Counted from the stretch's first letter, positions 23,293 to 36,744 are shown. The stretch: DNA of 64,000 bases from Harriotta raleighana (GCA_050575255.1 JBNZDD010013719.1:9010866-9074865); one strand, 5' to 3'. Notes: a model not told the origin generated them from the sequence alone. Program-made: numbers and translations.

Positions 23293-24629
23293 ATTCTGAC
23301 CAGTCAACATCTCTTGGAGATGGTTTTCTTACTGCAGTCTGGGAAAGGCTAAAATTAGTGTTGCCTTGATTTTCTGCTGAAATCCTATTCATTCATGAGG
23401 AATCTGTTTCTAGTGTAAATGCAAAAAGGAAAGTGAGTTGTCAATAGTGTACTATCGAAACAGTAGAAAATATATTGACCATCTTTCTACAGATTTAGAA
23501 TTTTCTTGAGGCTTGTGGACGGTTGGGAAAATAGTAGTTAAAGATTGCATTGTGTAAGCCTGTTTGCATCTATCCTCCTTTGAATTTCAGCAATTGTTTA
23601 ATCCCTTCATATTTCCTTTTATGAAATTTAGATGACAAATATTTTAGTGATGAATTTTAGTGCTTTTATAGTTCTTTACTATTCAGGCCTTGTATCATCT
23701 GCAATATAGTAAATTGAAGAATTGTTCCTGATTTCAGAGAGTGTAAAAGGTTGCAACAGTAGCTTTGAAAATCGCTTAACATATTAGGTCTGCATGCTGC
23801 CATTCATCTGTTTTTGCTCCTTGTCTTAATACCAACTGTATTTCCTATTCTTCTGTTTGACTTTGTTCATTTTCTTGATGAAACACTTAATTAAGGACAT
23901 TAATGGAATTAAGGTAAAGCTGATTTTAATAGAATTTTGATCAGCCACAACAGGAATTGAACAAACCTGATCTCAAAATTAATCAAGTATTAGCTAGAAA
24001 AGCCCATATTTCACCCACAAAATACAGTCAAATCACTTTACTGTATATCCTGTGAAATGTTTTGAGAAGTCTCAACGACATGATAAGGCACTTTATCAAA
24101 TGTAAGTACAGTACTATAATTTACGATGATGTCCACCTTAATATCCCTCCTTAAAGTTCACATAGAATAATGTATTTTCCTTTACAGTAAGTAAACTTCA
24201 TGTTTGCTTATTGTGCATTTAAAATATGTAATTCTTGTGTTTCACAAGATCTGAAAGGAAAGAAAATCTTCCTTCAGAACCACCCGAGAAACCTTTTTGA
24301 CTTCAGTGTTTAAATTTGCTAATTGAGTGGGTGCGTCATCTTCTGGTGTTGCTGCCTGCCGCAACAAATTTGTAAGATTCATAAATAATTATGAGTCTAA
24401 TAATAATTAGACTCACGGGATTGTATTAAATTGAGCCAGGGACAAATGTAATCTTATTTTCAAAGAGGAGTCTTTGTGGAGTTCCTAAAGAGATGGCTTT
24501 GGCTTTGTGAGCATGACATCAAGTATATATTACTGTATGTTCTAAAGTTCAGAAGACATGAAGAAACACAAATCTCTGTAGTCTCCCGCAGTTTATGTAA
24601 GAGGAGATTATTTTGACAAGATCCTAGCA

Positions 24630-24880
24630 TCTTATATGTCGGGAGGATGTCTCTAGGCATTGGACAGTCAAGGATTTGGAATTGAGCTGAGGTTTGGGAT
24701 CAGTATGGATGGAGGGTGATGGTAGGAGGGTGACCAAAGGTGCAGTTGAAGAGGAGGATCTCTAGGCAAGCCGCTATGGAGGTAAGGGAGAATTTGTGAT
24801 GTTGGGGGGGTGTGAGGCGAAGGAACTGTGGGATGGATTCCAAAGGGTGGGGGGCAGATTGGCTGAACAACACCACACAT
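24630..24880 (-). mobile_element. L2 3' end fragment
   Basis: The tail gtcgggaggatgtctc is followed by G-rich L2 3'UTR and ORF2-end sequence. Confidence 0.65.
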
Positions 24881-27402
24881 TGTAGATTTTCTAGTTACTC
24901 TGGCCAGAGTTTAACAGTTTCATGTATATTTGCTGCTATGGTTCATGTCATCTGATCCCAACCCATCAGGGCTAGACCATCAATCGGAGTCTGTTGTAGA
25001 CGTCTGACCTCTGCAGCTAAATAATCTTTTGCTTTATCATCAACACAAATTAGACACATTTATGGAATACATTGGAACCTCTTTGCCCATATTCATTCCT
25101 CACTCAGATTAACCCTTGTGTTGTTTTTGTTAGCAAGGTTGAATGAAGTGCTATGCCAAACTAATGAAAGCATTTTAATAATGTGCAGGGAGCAGATTAA
25201 CAATTTATACTCTGTATACAGGCAAATAAAATCAATGTTGTGCTAGATTTGCATTTAGTAACATCTTAATTTACTGGCCAGCAATTAACATATTGGAGAT
25301 AACCTGCCACTGAATCCATACACACATTCGTATTCCTATCTCTTCAGTTGTATGTATCTGTCCCTACTTGCTGAGCTTTCTTCTGTTGCAATTCTCTTTC
25401 AGCCTTAAGCAAGCCAATGAAGGCTTAATGGTTTACTCTTTTTCCTTAGAAGACATGATTACGAGAGAAGTGATTGAGAATGAATGTATTTCAGTGTTTG
25501 TGTGGTTCAAATGCTTCCAGCTGTAATCGCCAGATCCAATTTTGATGCATTAGATTGCTAAATTAGGTACCGTATATGTAATAGTGAGATTCTGCGTGCA
25601 TTAAGCTTGATTGCCTTCAGCTCCTGGGAGAACGCACAGATTCACCCTGATTGTTTTTTCGGTTAGAGAGCTGGAACATTGACTGCATTCGTAGGGATAT
25701 AAACATAGAGGCATTTCCTGGCCTGTTTGGACCAATCAGCTAACAGCAATATGGTTAAACCAAAGTAACAATTCATGGATAATAAATCTCAAATGTTTTT
25801 ATGAAATGGAATTTCATCTTTTAAATGACACATTTTAAAACATTCAGACTTATGTTTAACAAATCTTTCAATGGTCACCTTTCACGCAGTGCTTTCTCGG
25901 TAGGCTTCGGTACTGTTGCTATCGCCTATTGTTGTTCAGCTTCAACATCCTTTTTCTCCTGCACTTTCTCCAGCCCCATGGGCCCCAAGAGGAAAGAGGA
26001 AATATCAGCACTGCAATAGTCTTGATTTAAAAGCTGTTACTGAAGCACCTTTGTTTTCCAGTTGGAGAATGTCAGAAGTGTATGCAGTCAGCAGCTTCCA
26101 GTAACAGTTTTCTTGTTGTGCTGTAGCTTATATCCATTGAGCTCTGCAGGAAAGATGAATGTGTGGATTTTGGGTGATGACTTTGTCATGGTTGGCTTGC
26201 GATGCCCACCCAGAGTTGTATAATCCACCAACATTATTTGTTTGCAGTTGAGGATGAGTCCTGGAGGATACTTGTTGATTAAACTGAACCACAGAATGAG
26301 TCACAGAATGATCCCCTTCAGGAGAGAGGGGATTAGGGGGGAAAAAATTAGAATTTTGTTCTGAATATCAAATGAAAGTGCTATGAAATTTGCTCCTCCG
26401 GTTTTCATTCTTTTCCATCCCTTCTCCTTTTCTGAAGTCATCCGACTCCTTTATCCTTCTTGTGATTACAGTCCATACTGCTGATTGTTCTCACCCAAAC
26501 AGCCATTTAATGATGCATTTACATTTTTTCAATGGGAAATGTGAAATTAGTAAAACCTGAAATGAGAAACGCTTTGTTTCTGCCAATACATGATGTCTGT
26601 TCAAATAACTCCATCAAACATAAAAATCACCATGTCAAGCGGTTTGCGAGTGTGACTGAGCATAAATTGTATGAACTGTTGTCCACAGCGGGTGTAGAAT
26701 TTACTGTTAAACTATGGACTATTTCTGAACCCAATCTTCAGCTTTTATTAGATTTTTGGGGTTTCTTGTCCTCAATCACCAAAGATATGAAGTGCATGAG
26801 AATAAATCAAGTGGCATATGAGCCCTTAAAGCAGAATGTCAGAAATGAATTATCACTGCTGGCCCGGGGTACTTTGATCTTCATAAACCACTGATCCCAA
26901 TAGGTATTCTATTTATCCAATGCCAATGCACTATTTCAAATGGTACATAAAAGGTTTTGTGTTGTCATTTTTGGTTCTACTTATAATTTAGTAAGAAGTG
27001 ATTATGTATGTACTGATGCATAAGGGATGTATCAGATTTGAAATGCACTTGGTGTCTGCAAGCTGACATGTCATAACCAAGCTCCATTAATTGTTCGTTG
27101 AAAGCGCGAGCTGTCAAATATGAAACATTAGTCTGGATCCCAGTTATTGTATAATTTCTGCCTGTTTTTGGCATATTTTGTCATTGTATTCCAATCCTGG
27201 CAAACTGCTGCTGTCACTGATACGATAGTTAACATCGATAACTGTTTCAAATTCCTTTAGTAGCTGTATTCTACATTTATGTTTTTTAAAAAAATTAAAA
27301 TTGTTTATAGGGAGTTTTGTTTGAAATTAGTGGGGTTGAAAAGTGCAGCATAAAGTGAATAGATAATTCCACTATGTATGTACCCAGTTTCCACAGAATA
27401 GT

Positions 27403-27583
27403 CAAAAACGCAAAATACTGTTGTTGGAAATCTGAAACAAAATAGAAATCGCTGGGAACACTCAGTTGGTCAGGCAGCATCTATGCAGAAAGAAAAGCGA
27501 GTCAATGTTTCGGTTCCACGATCCTTCGCCAGAACCCGTTCACACCTCTGCTGAGTGTTCCCAGCAATTACTGTTTTTGTTTC
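27403..27583. mobile_element. Chondrichthyan Penelope-derived fold-back element
   Basis: Inverted arms aaacaaaatagaaatcgctgggaacactcag and ctgagtgttcccagcaattactgtttttgtttc flank caggcagcatct...aatgtttcgg...ccttcgccagaac. The family assignment is from recall. Confidence 0.6.
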
Positions 27584-27968
27584 CACACAATAGTGTTCCA
27601 TTATTGGGAATTAACTTAAAATGGATTTATATTGGAAACTTTAGCAAATCATTTCTGTTGTGTTCTGTCTGGCATATCTCTAATTGAAATGGAAAACATT
27701 CTGAAATGCATACCTTTATGCTTTTAATTTCAAATTGTGTTTGATTAAGAAGTGGTAGGCTTACAGCATGTACAGATGTTGACTACATTGTATGATGTGT
27801 ATGATCTGTACACAGAATTTATTTTTAAACAAGATAAGATGCACCTGAAAGGTTTGATTTGCAGACGTGAGCACGGAAAACAGTTTGGGATTTTTTATTT
27901 TTCTCAATTGAACAATAATCACTTATGGGAAGTTTAGAACAGTATTGTTCAATGAAAGATTGGGTATA

Positions 27969-28690
27969 CAGGCAGTCCTCAAGTTACGTCAGGGTTAGGT
28001 TCCTGAGATGTGGTGTAAGTCGAATTTGTATGTAAGTCGAGTCACCCCCTATATTTATTTATTTATTTATATATTATATTTATAATGCTTACAGTAACAT
28101 ACAGTGATTGGTTGTAGTGTATAGTGAGCTGCCCTCTCTCCCCTGCCCCCCTCCTAATATGTACAGTACTGTAAATAAAATAAAATATTACTATGTACTT
28201 ACATGGCTTCATTGTGAGTCTGGCACGTGATGTAGCGCAACACAGGAGATCACACGCGATGTAGCGCAACGCAGATCACATGCGACATTGCGCAACTCAG
28301 GAGATCACATGTGACGTAGCGCAACGCAGATCACGCGTGATGTAGCGCAACGCAGATCGCACGTGACGTAGCGCAACGCAGATCACACGTGACGTAGCGC
28401 AGTCTAAAGGCTGGAGAGTACTGTCCCGCCGAGCTCACAGCCTCACACAGTACCTGTACAGTACACACTCGCGTCTCGCCTCCATCCTGTTCCTGAACGC
28501 GTATCGTGGTCCCGTAAGTGTTGAGAGCGGCGACTCCAGTTTTCTATTGCGCGTGGGGCAACTAAAGTATTTACATAGTAGTGTCGTAACTTCGAGAACT
28601 TGGATGTAACTCGGACGTAATTTTACTGATTTTAAGTGTCGTAACTTCGAATTGTCGTACCTCGAAACGTCGTAACTAGAGGACTGCCTG
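27969..28690. mobile_element. Tigger-like non-autonomous DNA transposon (722 bp)
   Basis: TIRs caggcagtcctcaagttacg and cgtaactagaggactgcctg with TA target-site duplications, plus subterminal cgtaac/gtaagtcg repeats. Confidence 0.9.
28224..28401. repeat. CpG-rich minisatellite of about 7 units of 26/29 bp inside the Tigger-like element
   Basis: The unit is cacgtgacgtagcgcaacgcagatca, with 29-bp variants containing caggagatca. Confidence 0.9.
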
Positions 28691-28796
28691 TACTTAATGT
28701 TGATATTTATGTGTATTCACAGAATGATTTTTGTTTTCGATTCATTTTTGAGGACTTTTTTAATCCTTTTTATATTATTTTGTTCTTCTTTCAAAG

Positions 28797-28980
28797 CAAA
28801 AAGTTTCAAAGTGGCTCTGTAGGCAAAACTGTGAAAGTACAATTCCTGGGTAACCCTGTGACTGAAAAGAAGGAACACGTTCCACAAGATACCAAAGAAA
28901 CTCTTTGTAACTTAAGCCCTGCTACAAGTGCAGCAGCTGCTACAGCAGCAGCCATTGCTGCCACAGCTCCTCTCCTCAAG
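28797..28980 (+). CDS. KIAA0586: KIAA0586 coding exon 5 (184 bp)
   Basis: Bounded by tcaaag| and |gtcagt. It encodes KKFQSGSVGKTVKVQFL...SPATSAAAATAAAIAATAPLLK, containing the TALPID3 hallmark AAATAAAIAxxAPLxK. Confidence 0.94.
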
Positions 28981-29221
28981 GTCAGTGAGAGCTCTGTTTC
29001 CAGTGTGTTAAGCAGATGCTGGGTTAACCACATGGTCATAGAACACATGTGGCTCTTCATTTTTATCATTGATCAGTGGCATATGTTACACATTATGATG
29101 CAACCTTTCTGGTATCAAACACAACCAGCTTTTGTATTTTGAAGGAGGGAAAGTGAAATGTAACATGTGGAGCCAATGTTGCTGTTATGAAAATGCTGAA
29201 TGAGGAAGGAAGATAAAACTA

Positions 29222-30066
29222 CAGTAAAACCTAATTTATCCGTGACTCAAATAATCGGCCGTTCAACCACCATCTCAAAAAAAAAAGTCCTGATCCGACT
29301 AACCGGAAATTATCCTGCGACGTGTTGAGTGTCGGGTCTAAACTTGTTCGAGGTTCTTTTAAAAGTCGAGGTTTTTTACCTCGTTCAGATGTGCCTGTCA
29401 TTGGGAAGTTAAGTACTGTATACATAATAAATACTGCTGCAGGTAGCGGCCAGAGAGAGAGGGAGGGAGGGAGCAGAGGGGGAATGGAGGGGAGGAAACG
29501 GAGAGAGAGAGGGAGGGGGGGAATGGAGAGAAAGTGAGAGGGGTGGGGGGAATGAGATATGGAGAAAGGGAGAGAGAAAGATAGGGGAAAACATAATGGA
29601 GTGAGAGAGAGAGAGAGAAATGGCAGGCAGGTTGATGCAGAGAGAGAGGCAGGGAGAGAGAGGAAAGGGACAGGTGTGATGAGATTTATGGACAGAATTT
29701 ATGTGATGGATTTAGACTGAATATCTTTGAGGGTCTGTGTCTGTCTGTGTGTGTGTCTATCTGTTTGTGTGTATGTGTGTGTGCTGACCGTTAGGTCTAA
29801 ACTTGTTGCTTTTTAAAGTTACGATTTTTACCTCCTGTCAAATCAGTGCTGCAATTGCGAAGTTAAGTATAAATAATAATGTACTAATAGAATATTCTGT
29901 TATTATTTAGTCCATTATTAAGATGGTATGTGTTAAAATTATTTTAAATTTTTTTGAAAAAATTATATTTAATACATTTTAAAAAAAAGAAATCCGATCA
30001 ACCGGAAAAAACGTTTAATCGCCACTGGCCAGATCCCGTGGGTGCCGGATAAACAGGGTTTTACTG
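29222..30066. mobile_element. Long variant (~845 bp) of the cagtaaaa-TIR MITE with a GA-rich and GT-rich core
   Basis: TIRs cagtaaaacctaatttatcc and ggataaacagggttttactg, with TA at the left end. It is homologous to 41435-42295 in inverted orientation. Confidence 0.88.
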
Positions 30067-30874
30067 TCATTGGTTTCAATACCAAGAAACTGAAGTGCGA
30101 CAAAGCTAAAATGAGGGACATTTAATTTAAAGCAACAGAATGCAGTGATTGATGTAATTTTTAATCAGTATTATGCTCAGCCAGTGAAAGGTGTTCATTT
30201 CAGGGAATAAAATATTTTCTACATTTTTACTTCAATATCAGTGTCAAATATTGTCAGGCAAGTTATATGAAGCATAAGTGTAGAGATACAGTGCATCTCG
30301 CATAATGTCCAAAAGTGTGTTTAACTAGAGCTTCAAAGAACTTTTAACAACAATAATCATAATAAGGCTAGATTGGTTAGAGCACTTGCCTCGCAAGTGA
30401 GAGGACCTGGGTTTGATTCCTGGACAGACGAAACAGACAGATTTTCTTACTCCACACATCTCTTTTACACTCCAGTAAGTAGGAACCAGATTGTTAGTCA
30501 TTGGGGTATTGTTTTCCTTTGAGTTTAATTTTGTGCCTATTACATCACAAGTTTACTGACTGTATTTTAAGCAAACTTAAGTGAGCTTTTTATTTGGCAG
30601 ACTGCCATTCTCACAGCTTCTCTGAGTGCGAGAGTTTGCTGACTGTTGGTGAATTATTGGCGGTTTAACATTGTGGTTCTTCACCTTCTTGTTACAAATA
30701 CACAAAACATAGCAATCATACCCTTATAAATTACCTGACCAATTTGGTTTAATTGGAAAATGTATATCATATATCTGGTATTGTGTGGTCTGTTGATTAT
30801 AATATCTACTGATAGGCTTTCAAAACAGATATGGGTGCTTTTTACTTAATTGCCATTTTGTTCTATTTGTTCAG

Positions 30875-31114
30875 GCCCAAAGTGACCTGGAAACAAAAAT
30901 TGTTTCTGTGGCTGAGGTGGTGAGCAAACTTCAGGAAATGTATCAACAGGTGAGACAACAGGTTGCAGAACAGAAAGAAAAAAATCCAGGTCAACAACCT
31001 GAATCTGAAAAGCAGCGAGAAAGGGTCAAGGAGTTGGAGATGCAGCTGAACAAACTGTTGGAACAGCGCCTCTGCCACCTGGACAAACTTCAGCAACAGC
31101 AGCTAGAACTTCAG
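30875..31114 (+). CDS. KIAA0586: KIAA0586 coding exon 6 (240 bp, coiled coil)
   Basis: Bounded by ttcag| and |gtacac. It encodes AQSDLETKIVSVAEVVSKLQE...LEQRLCHLDKLQQQQLELQ; the human sequence is [21 protein letters not shown]...HLEKLQQQQIDIQ. Confidence 0.95.
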
Positions 31115-33090
31115 GTACACTGATTAGGGCAGAGCATAAATTAATGGCTACTAGCAAAGATTTTTTTCATCACTATGTATACTTTCCATTCTTCCTTTTG
31201 TATTAAGCATATAGAGCCCACGTTTATTTATTTTTAAAAATATCTTAAGACATGCTACTTAATGGTGGATAACAGTACCATTGAAAAGGCTAACTAATCC
31301 CGATAAAGAGAGCTGTGGGCTCTAGGATGATTAGAACCAACACACTTCAGTATGGACAGTTATTTTGCAGATGGAAGCCAATGGTTCATTGCCCCGCCTC
31401 TCCCCGCCCTTTGTATTTCTCTCTATCAATTTCATTTTTAATATCTAAAATAAATCCCCCCACAATCACTGTTCTAAGTAGAGCATTATATGCCCCAACA
31501 AACTTCTTTTTTCAAATATCCTCTAGCCTTTTCCTTTATTCTTTTGGTAATCAACTTAAATTCATGCCCACTCGTTAATGATTCACCGATCGATGGAAAT
31601 CCTTTTGACTTGTCTATTTTATTTCAGGGCCTTGGACGTCCTCCCGAAGTGAAAGGCACTCTATAAATGTAATTTTGTTATTGTTATTAATCTCCCACAC
31701 TATGCAGCATCATTTAATTTACAAATTAGTGGTATCTCACTGTACAAGTATTTAGGTTTGAGGTTAATTCTCAAAACAGAAGAATATGTTTTTGAAACTT
31801 TCATAATTTTTTTTAAAAAGCTTCAAATGAAATGTGTTCAGCTGCAATGCATTTGAGAGGTCCAATGAACATCAAAATTATTTTGAGGTTTGTGTAAATC
31901 CAAAGAATGTATAACAGATACAACACTGCCCTACTTTTATGTAATGTATGCCTTATGTTATTGTTCCTATGTTTGTCGCACAATGAGATGTTTTCAGACT
32001 ACCCTTTCAATGTTCAGTGGATGTCATTATAACTTGTGGTGCTTTTTATTCTGGGAATTGTTTTACAGTTGGGTGGCATTAATACTTCAGGGTTATTAAA
32101 GAAAAGAGGAGTTTCCTGGAAATGTATCTCTGTCTCATGAAAATTGAATGAAAACGAGAACAGTATTTTACAAGGCAATATTAGAGCACATAGTTTGGAT
32201 TAGAAGCAAAGGAACCTGAGAGACCACATTTGGATCACTAGGTTCTAAGTACAGAGTTGTTAACAGAGATGTAATTATGCTTGAAAGAATATTTAGCTCC
32301 CAAATGCACAAGTAATTTATTCCTTTTCTCATACAGATAGCATAACTAATGCAATAATTTGGTTGACGTACTATATTCTGCATTTTTAAGTACTGTTGAT
32401 GAAGACTAACTTCTTCTTATGATGATAATAATAATACTTGCATTTGATAGTCTCTTATCATGCTGTTGAGATGCTTCACAGAATATACTTAAAGTGAATT
32501 GACTTTCATTTAGTGACAGTGAATTGACTGTATATTTTGTGGGCAAAACGTGGCAGCCCAATTGCTCATAGCAGTGTCCCACAAACAATTGTGGATTGAG
32601 AGAGGAAAATTATTTTATTTATTTAAATTGCTTGTGATGTATACAGTATTTTAAAATGGGTAGCTCTTGATTTCTGAAATTGTGCAAATAAAATCTTGCT
32701 ACATAGTTTCATTTCCAGTTATCATGTGAATTACATATTTTAATCTTCAATTGTCTCCTTTATTCTTTTTGCAATTGGGTGTATGCCACAGTGAAGATAA
32801 TTCTAATTGTACTTTATCGAATTGCATTGTCTCTGATTGCAAAATAGATGAATGGCCTATTTTTATCTTTCCAAATCCTGAATATTAATTGATCATCAAA
32901 AAAAGTAATTTGAACACTTAATCAAAGTTTTAAATTAATTTAAATGGCTTTGAAAGTTATAATTTTTCTTAAGGATGCTATATGCACTATATTTAAAGTA
33001 TATTTCAATTGAAACGCCTGTCACACGTTTAGAGTGCTTGCTTCATACTGGGCAATAATTAAATGTTGTTCCTTTGGGTTCGTCCTTTAG

Positions 33091-33298
33091 TCTCAGCTGA
33101 TGACCTCGGCATTCACAGCCAACAAAATCCATCCCTTTGGTGCACCTCAAGCACGTTCTGACCTAGTGTCACAGAGTTCAGCCACATATGGTACTGCGGC
33201 ACAGACGTTGAACCACTGTCTCCAACAGTTGCCTAGCAACAACCTCTATTACGTTTCTCTCAAAGATATGCCATCTGATTCCTCTGCCGCAGCACTGG
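33091..33298 (+). CDS. KIAA0586: KIAA0586 coding exon 7 (208 bp)
   Basis: Bounded by ctttag| and |gtgaga. It encodes SQLMTSAFTANKIHP...DSSAAAL; the start resembles human THFISAALK, and phase is 0-1. Confidence 0.8.
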
Positions 33299-36147
33299 GT
33301 GAGAACAAAATTAAATACATTGCTTTTAGATTAGTGAAGATTTGGGTGTCCTTTTTTTGCTACATCAAAAGGTGAATGAAAATGATACACCATATTTGCA
33401 ATTACTGTAGTGTGTTTTTGATTTCTCAATTTACTTATAATTCTATCATCTTTTGCATTGAATACACTGGTATTTGCAGCATTTTGTTTCTAAATCATTC
33501 ATGTCAAAACATATGGATTCCGAGAAATCTGCAGGTGTACTCTTCATTGCTGCTAACAAACTACAGTATTTGTATGTATCAATAGAATGTACCACAATTC
33601 CACTCACTTAATAATTTCTGTAGTTGCAAATTTTGGAGCTGGACGGATTGAATTAGTTTAATGCCGTTTTTGTGATTTAATTACGTTCTTTTTACAATTT
33701 AACAATGTATAGAAGTGTTGTTAATAAGTTATTTTTCCAAAGGAATAGTAATTATGGGACTGATTTTAGGCTGCTTTGATCCACCTGGCATTGCCAATTT
33801 GAAGCCATACTTGTGTCCCAGTGAAGGGAAATTTGCTGTCTTGATACACAGGATATAAATATTGGAAAAAATGAACTGTTAAGAGCTGTTCATGAGAACT
33901 TCATTGTTTCAGTGACAATAAAAAGGAGTTGAATATCTTATTCATTGGCTTTTAATGTTGTCAACAATCTGAATTCTAATTGACAATAATAATAATTGTT
34001 TAGTTAACAATGCATTTATTTTTTCATTGTAATTTATGCAAACCATTTAAGTTCTCAAAAATCAGTACAATTATACTAACATTCACACACAGAACCATTT
34101 TATATTTGAAATTACAAGGTCACCGAAATACATGACTTTTGACTTCAATCTCTACTGTCTTAATCCTTTGAACGGTTACTCAGTAATTCCTGTGTGTTTG
34201 TGTGCCTCAACCACTTCCTGCAACAAACACAATTTTCCAAAGCAAAACGACAGAACTGAATAGAGAAAGAGAGTTTGAGATTATTTTTTGTAAAGCTTGC
34301 TTATTTTGAAAAGGGAACTAATTGGAAACGTGGCAAATAGTAGCTAGTTGGGAAATATGCATTCATTAAAAATTGGTATTCTATCGTTTAATAATCATAA
34401 GGGCTGGTGAAAATGGAATATTCTCCAGTATTGCAATTTCTTTTTCAGTTTTGGTGTTTATTTTACCATCGCAGATTAGCAAAAGTATGGTTGAGCTGCA
34501 TTCCTTAAAGTCACTAAAATCATAAACCCAACAAAATGTTTTTCAAGATATGGCATTTTATTGTTGGAAATAATGTGTACTCTAAATATCTTTGTGTTCA
34601 TAAAATGAATTTTTCAATATTTTGCCAGTATGTTAATGGATGTCCTACCATCGATTAGAGATTATTACTGTTGTAACTTGAGTTTTAAGGTATTGAAATT
34701 AAATTTTGTTAATATTTATCACTTTTATTTATTGCTGATGAGAAAACTGAAGTATGCAATGCTTTCTAAACCATCTATTCTTAACCCACAAGCTGAGTGT
34801 TTTCGTACATGCATTAGAGGGCACTCTGCTTCTGTGAATTGACTTACTGAGTGGAGAATTGCAACAGTGAGCCACTGATCAATGCATGCAAATACAGAAG
34901 ATGGTGATTTTTAAAATGATTTCCTTCTAAAACTAGAAGTACTGCTTTTCTTAATAAATATCAATGAACCATTTACAGAAAATGCATTGTTTCAATATTC
35001 TTAACTGTATAAAGAGGCTTTAACTTGATTTATCAATCCGGAGAACTTCTTATGTGAAGCCATGAGTGTTTGTGAATAGCGAGATACTTCAGATGTAGCT
35101 CTTTGTAAAACGTATTGATTCTGAATTTATCACACAAGTTGCAGTAGAGGTAGAAATGTAGTGGATTAAACCTATGTACAAAATACTCACCACACGTTCT
35201 AATAAATCCTCTTCAGCGTTTTGAGACTCCCTTCTGAATTGAAAAGCGCACCATCAAATTCAAGTAGTTTTATTTGCAATTTATAAGTAGATTTATTGTA
35301 AATGTTCTTGTAATTTATGGGGGTTAGCTGATGCAAGTGAACTCTTCTAAGAACTAAATTAATTGCAGGTAGTAAAATTAATTTACCAGCTATCTGATTG
35401 TTCTGTTGGAAAATGAATAAAGGTGATGGAAAAATAAATAAACACCACACAGTAACAGTAAAAGCTTTGCATAGCTTAAAGTAATCTTAACATAAAATCA
35501 CAATGTTAGGGCAGTGTATGGATTTTAACTGGTACAAGCACTGACAACAAGTAAGAATTTAAAAATTGATTTGAATAGAAGCTGTTGTTAAAATTTTAAC
35601 GTGTTAAAAGTAACTTATGTTTTAGATTTTCTTAGCAATAAAGCTCCTTTATCTCCTCTTTGAGGGTGGTGTCTTGAAATAGGTCACTGACTAGTGCTCA
35701 AAGGTCACTGAATTGTGTGCAGATTGGATGCAACCTTTTATGATTAAATCAGTAAAACTCGAATTGTGTTGGTTGTATAATTCAAATTGGCCTTTCATTT
35801 GTTACTAAAATTGTACTGATTTTATTTTAAAATAAATTTTTAAGGTTATTGACAATTTTCCTTTCAAACATGGGCATTAGCCCCATTTCACATTGGCCAA
35901 CAACAATGTGTTTACCTTTTGTGCATGGAATGAGATTTGACTGAATAGTTAAAAATGCCCCATGAATGGTTTGGCAAACGTTTAATCTATGTTTAGGTTG
36001 AAGGTCATTACAAATAGACCCCTCTTTCAGTTGAATAATGCTTTCTCTAAGAATAGAGCATTACTCTGTGGAGGAAAAGAGATACTGTACTTTCAAGGAG
36101 AGCTGCCGCTGCAGAGTGAATGTTTAAACGCAGAGCCCCTCACATCT

Positions 36148-36170
36148 GTGTGTGTGTGTGTGTGTGTGTG
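36148..36170. repeat. (GT)n microsatellite
   Basis: An uninterrupted tgtgtg run. Confidence 0.9.
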
Positions 36171-36564
36171 AATAGCCATGTCCAGTGGCGGTTTGGGGGC
36201 AACTGAATGCATATATGCACACTGTCTGAAAATTAAGCACTATTTGTGGCTATAATCATGCATGTATGTGGTGGTAACAGAATTGTAGAATGGTTTTAAT
36301 TTTAATTTTCTTTAATCTCCTGAAAATCTTTAAAACCCCTGTTTCAACAAATTAGACCTTAAAGGTTAGTGTAGCTTGAAAATGGATTGGTTACGTGGAA
36401 AGCCAAAAAGAAAAATGCCTTTGAATTTGATATAGTAGCTTTAACACTGAAAATGTCTTACCTAAAGTGCTTTGAAGATAATCCCTGTCAAGTGCAGTAC
36501 AACAGAGCAGAAGCCCATAATATTTTTTCTTAAAATACTTGATTCAAAGTCTCTTTTATTTCAG

Positions 36565-36744
36565 CTAATGGGAGACAACCAGCTACAAGCAGATTTAGAA
36601 TGGAAAACTCTCCTCTACAGACTCCCGCACCGCGTAGGTATGCTCCTGTACCCATGTCCAAGGATGGCAAAGTTCAGCAAAAGAAGGGAACATCCATTGT
36701 TCAGAAAGCCAAAGAGAATGGAATGACAACTAGAGTTGGACCCG
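36565..36744 (+). CDS. KIAA0586: KIAA0586 coding exon 8 (180 bp)
   Basis: Bounded by tttcag| and |gtaggg. It contains SPLQTPAPRRYAPVPMSKD...KEN; the human sequence is SPLETPAPRRFAPVPVSRD...KEN. Confidence 0.94.

Noticed and set aside
28224-28401. Regular 26-29 bp repeats resembling a CRISPR array
   Set aside because: There are no unique spacers and the context is eukaryotic. It is a minisatellite inside a DNA transposon.
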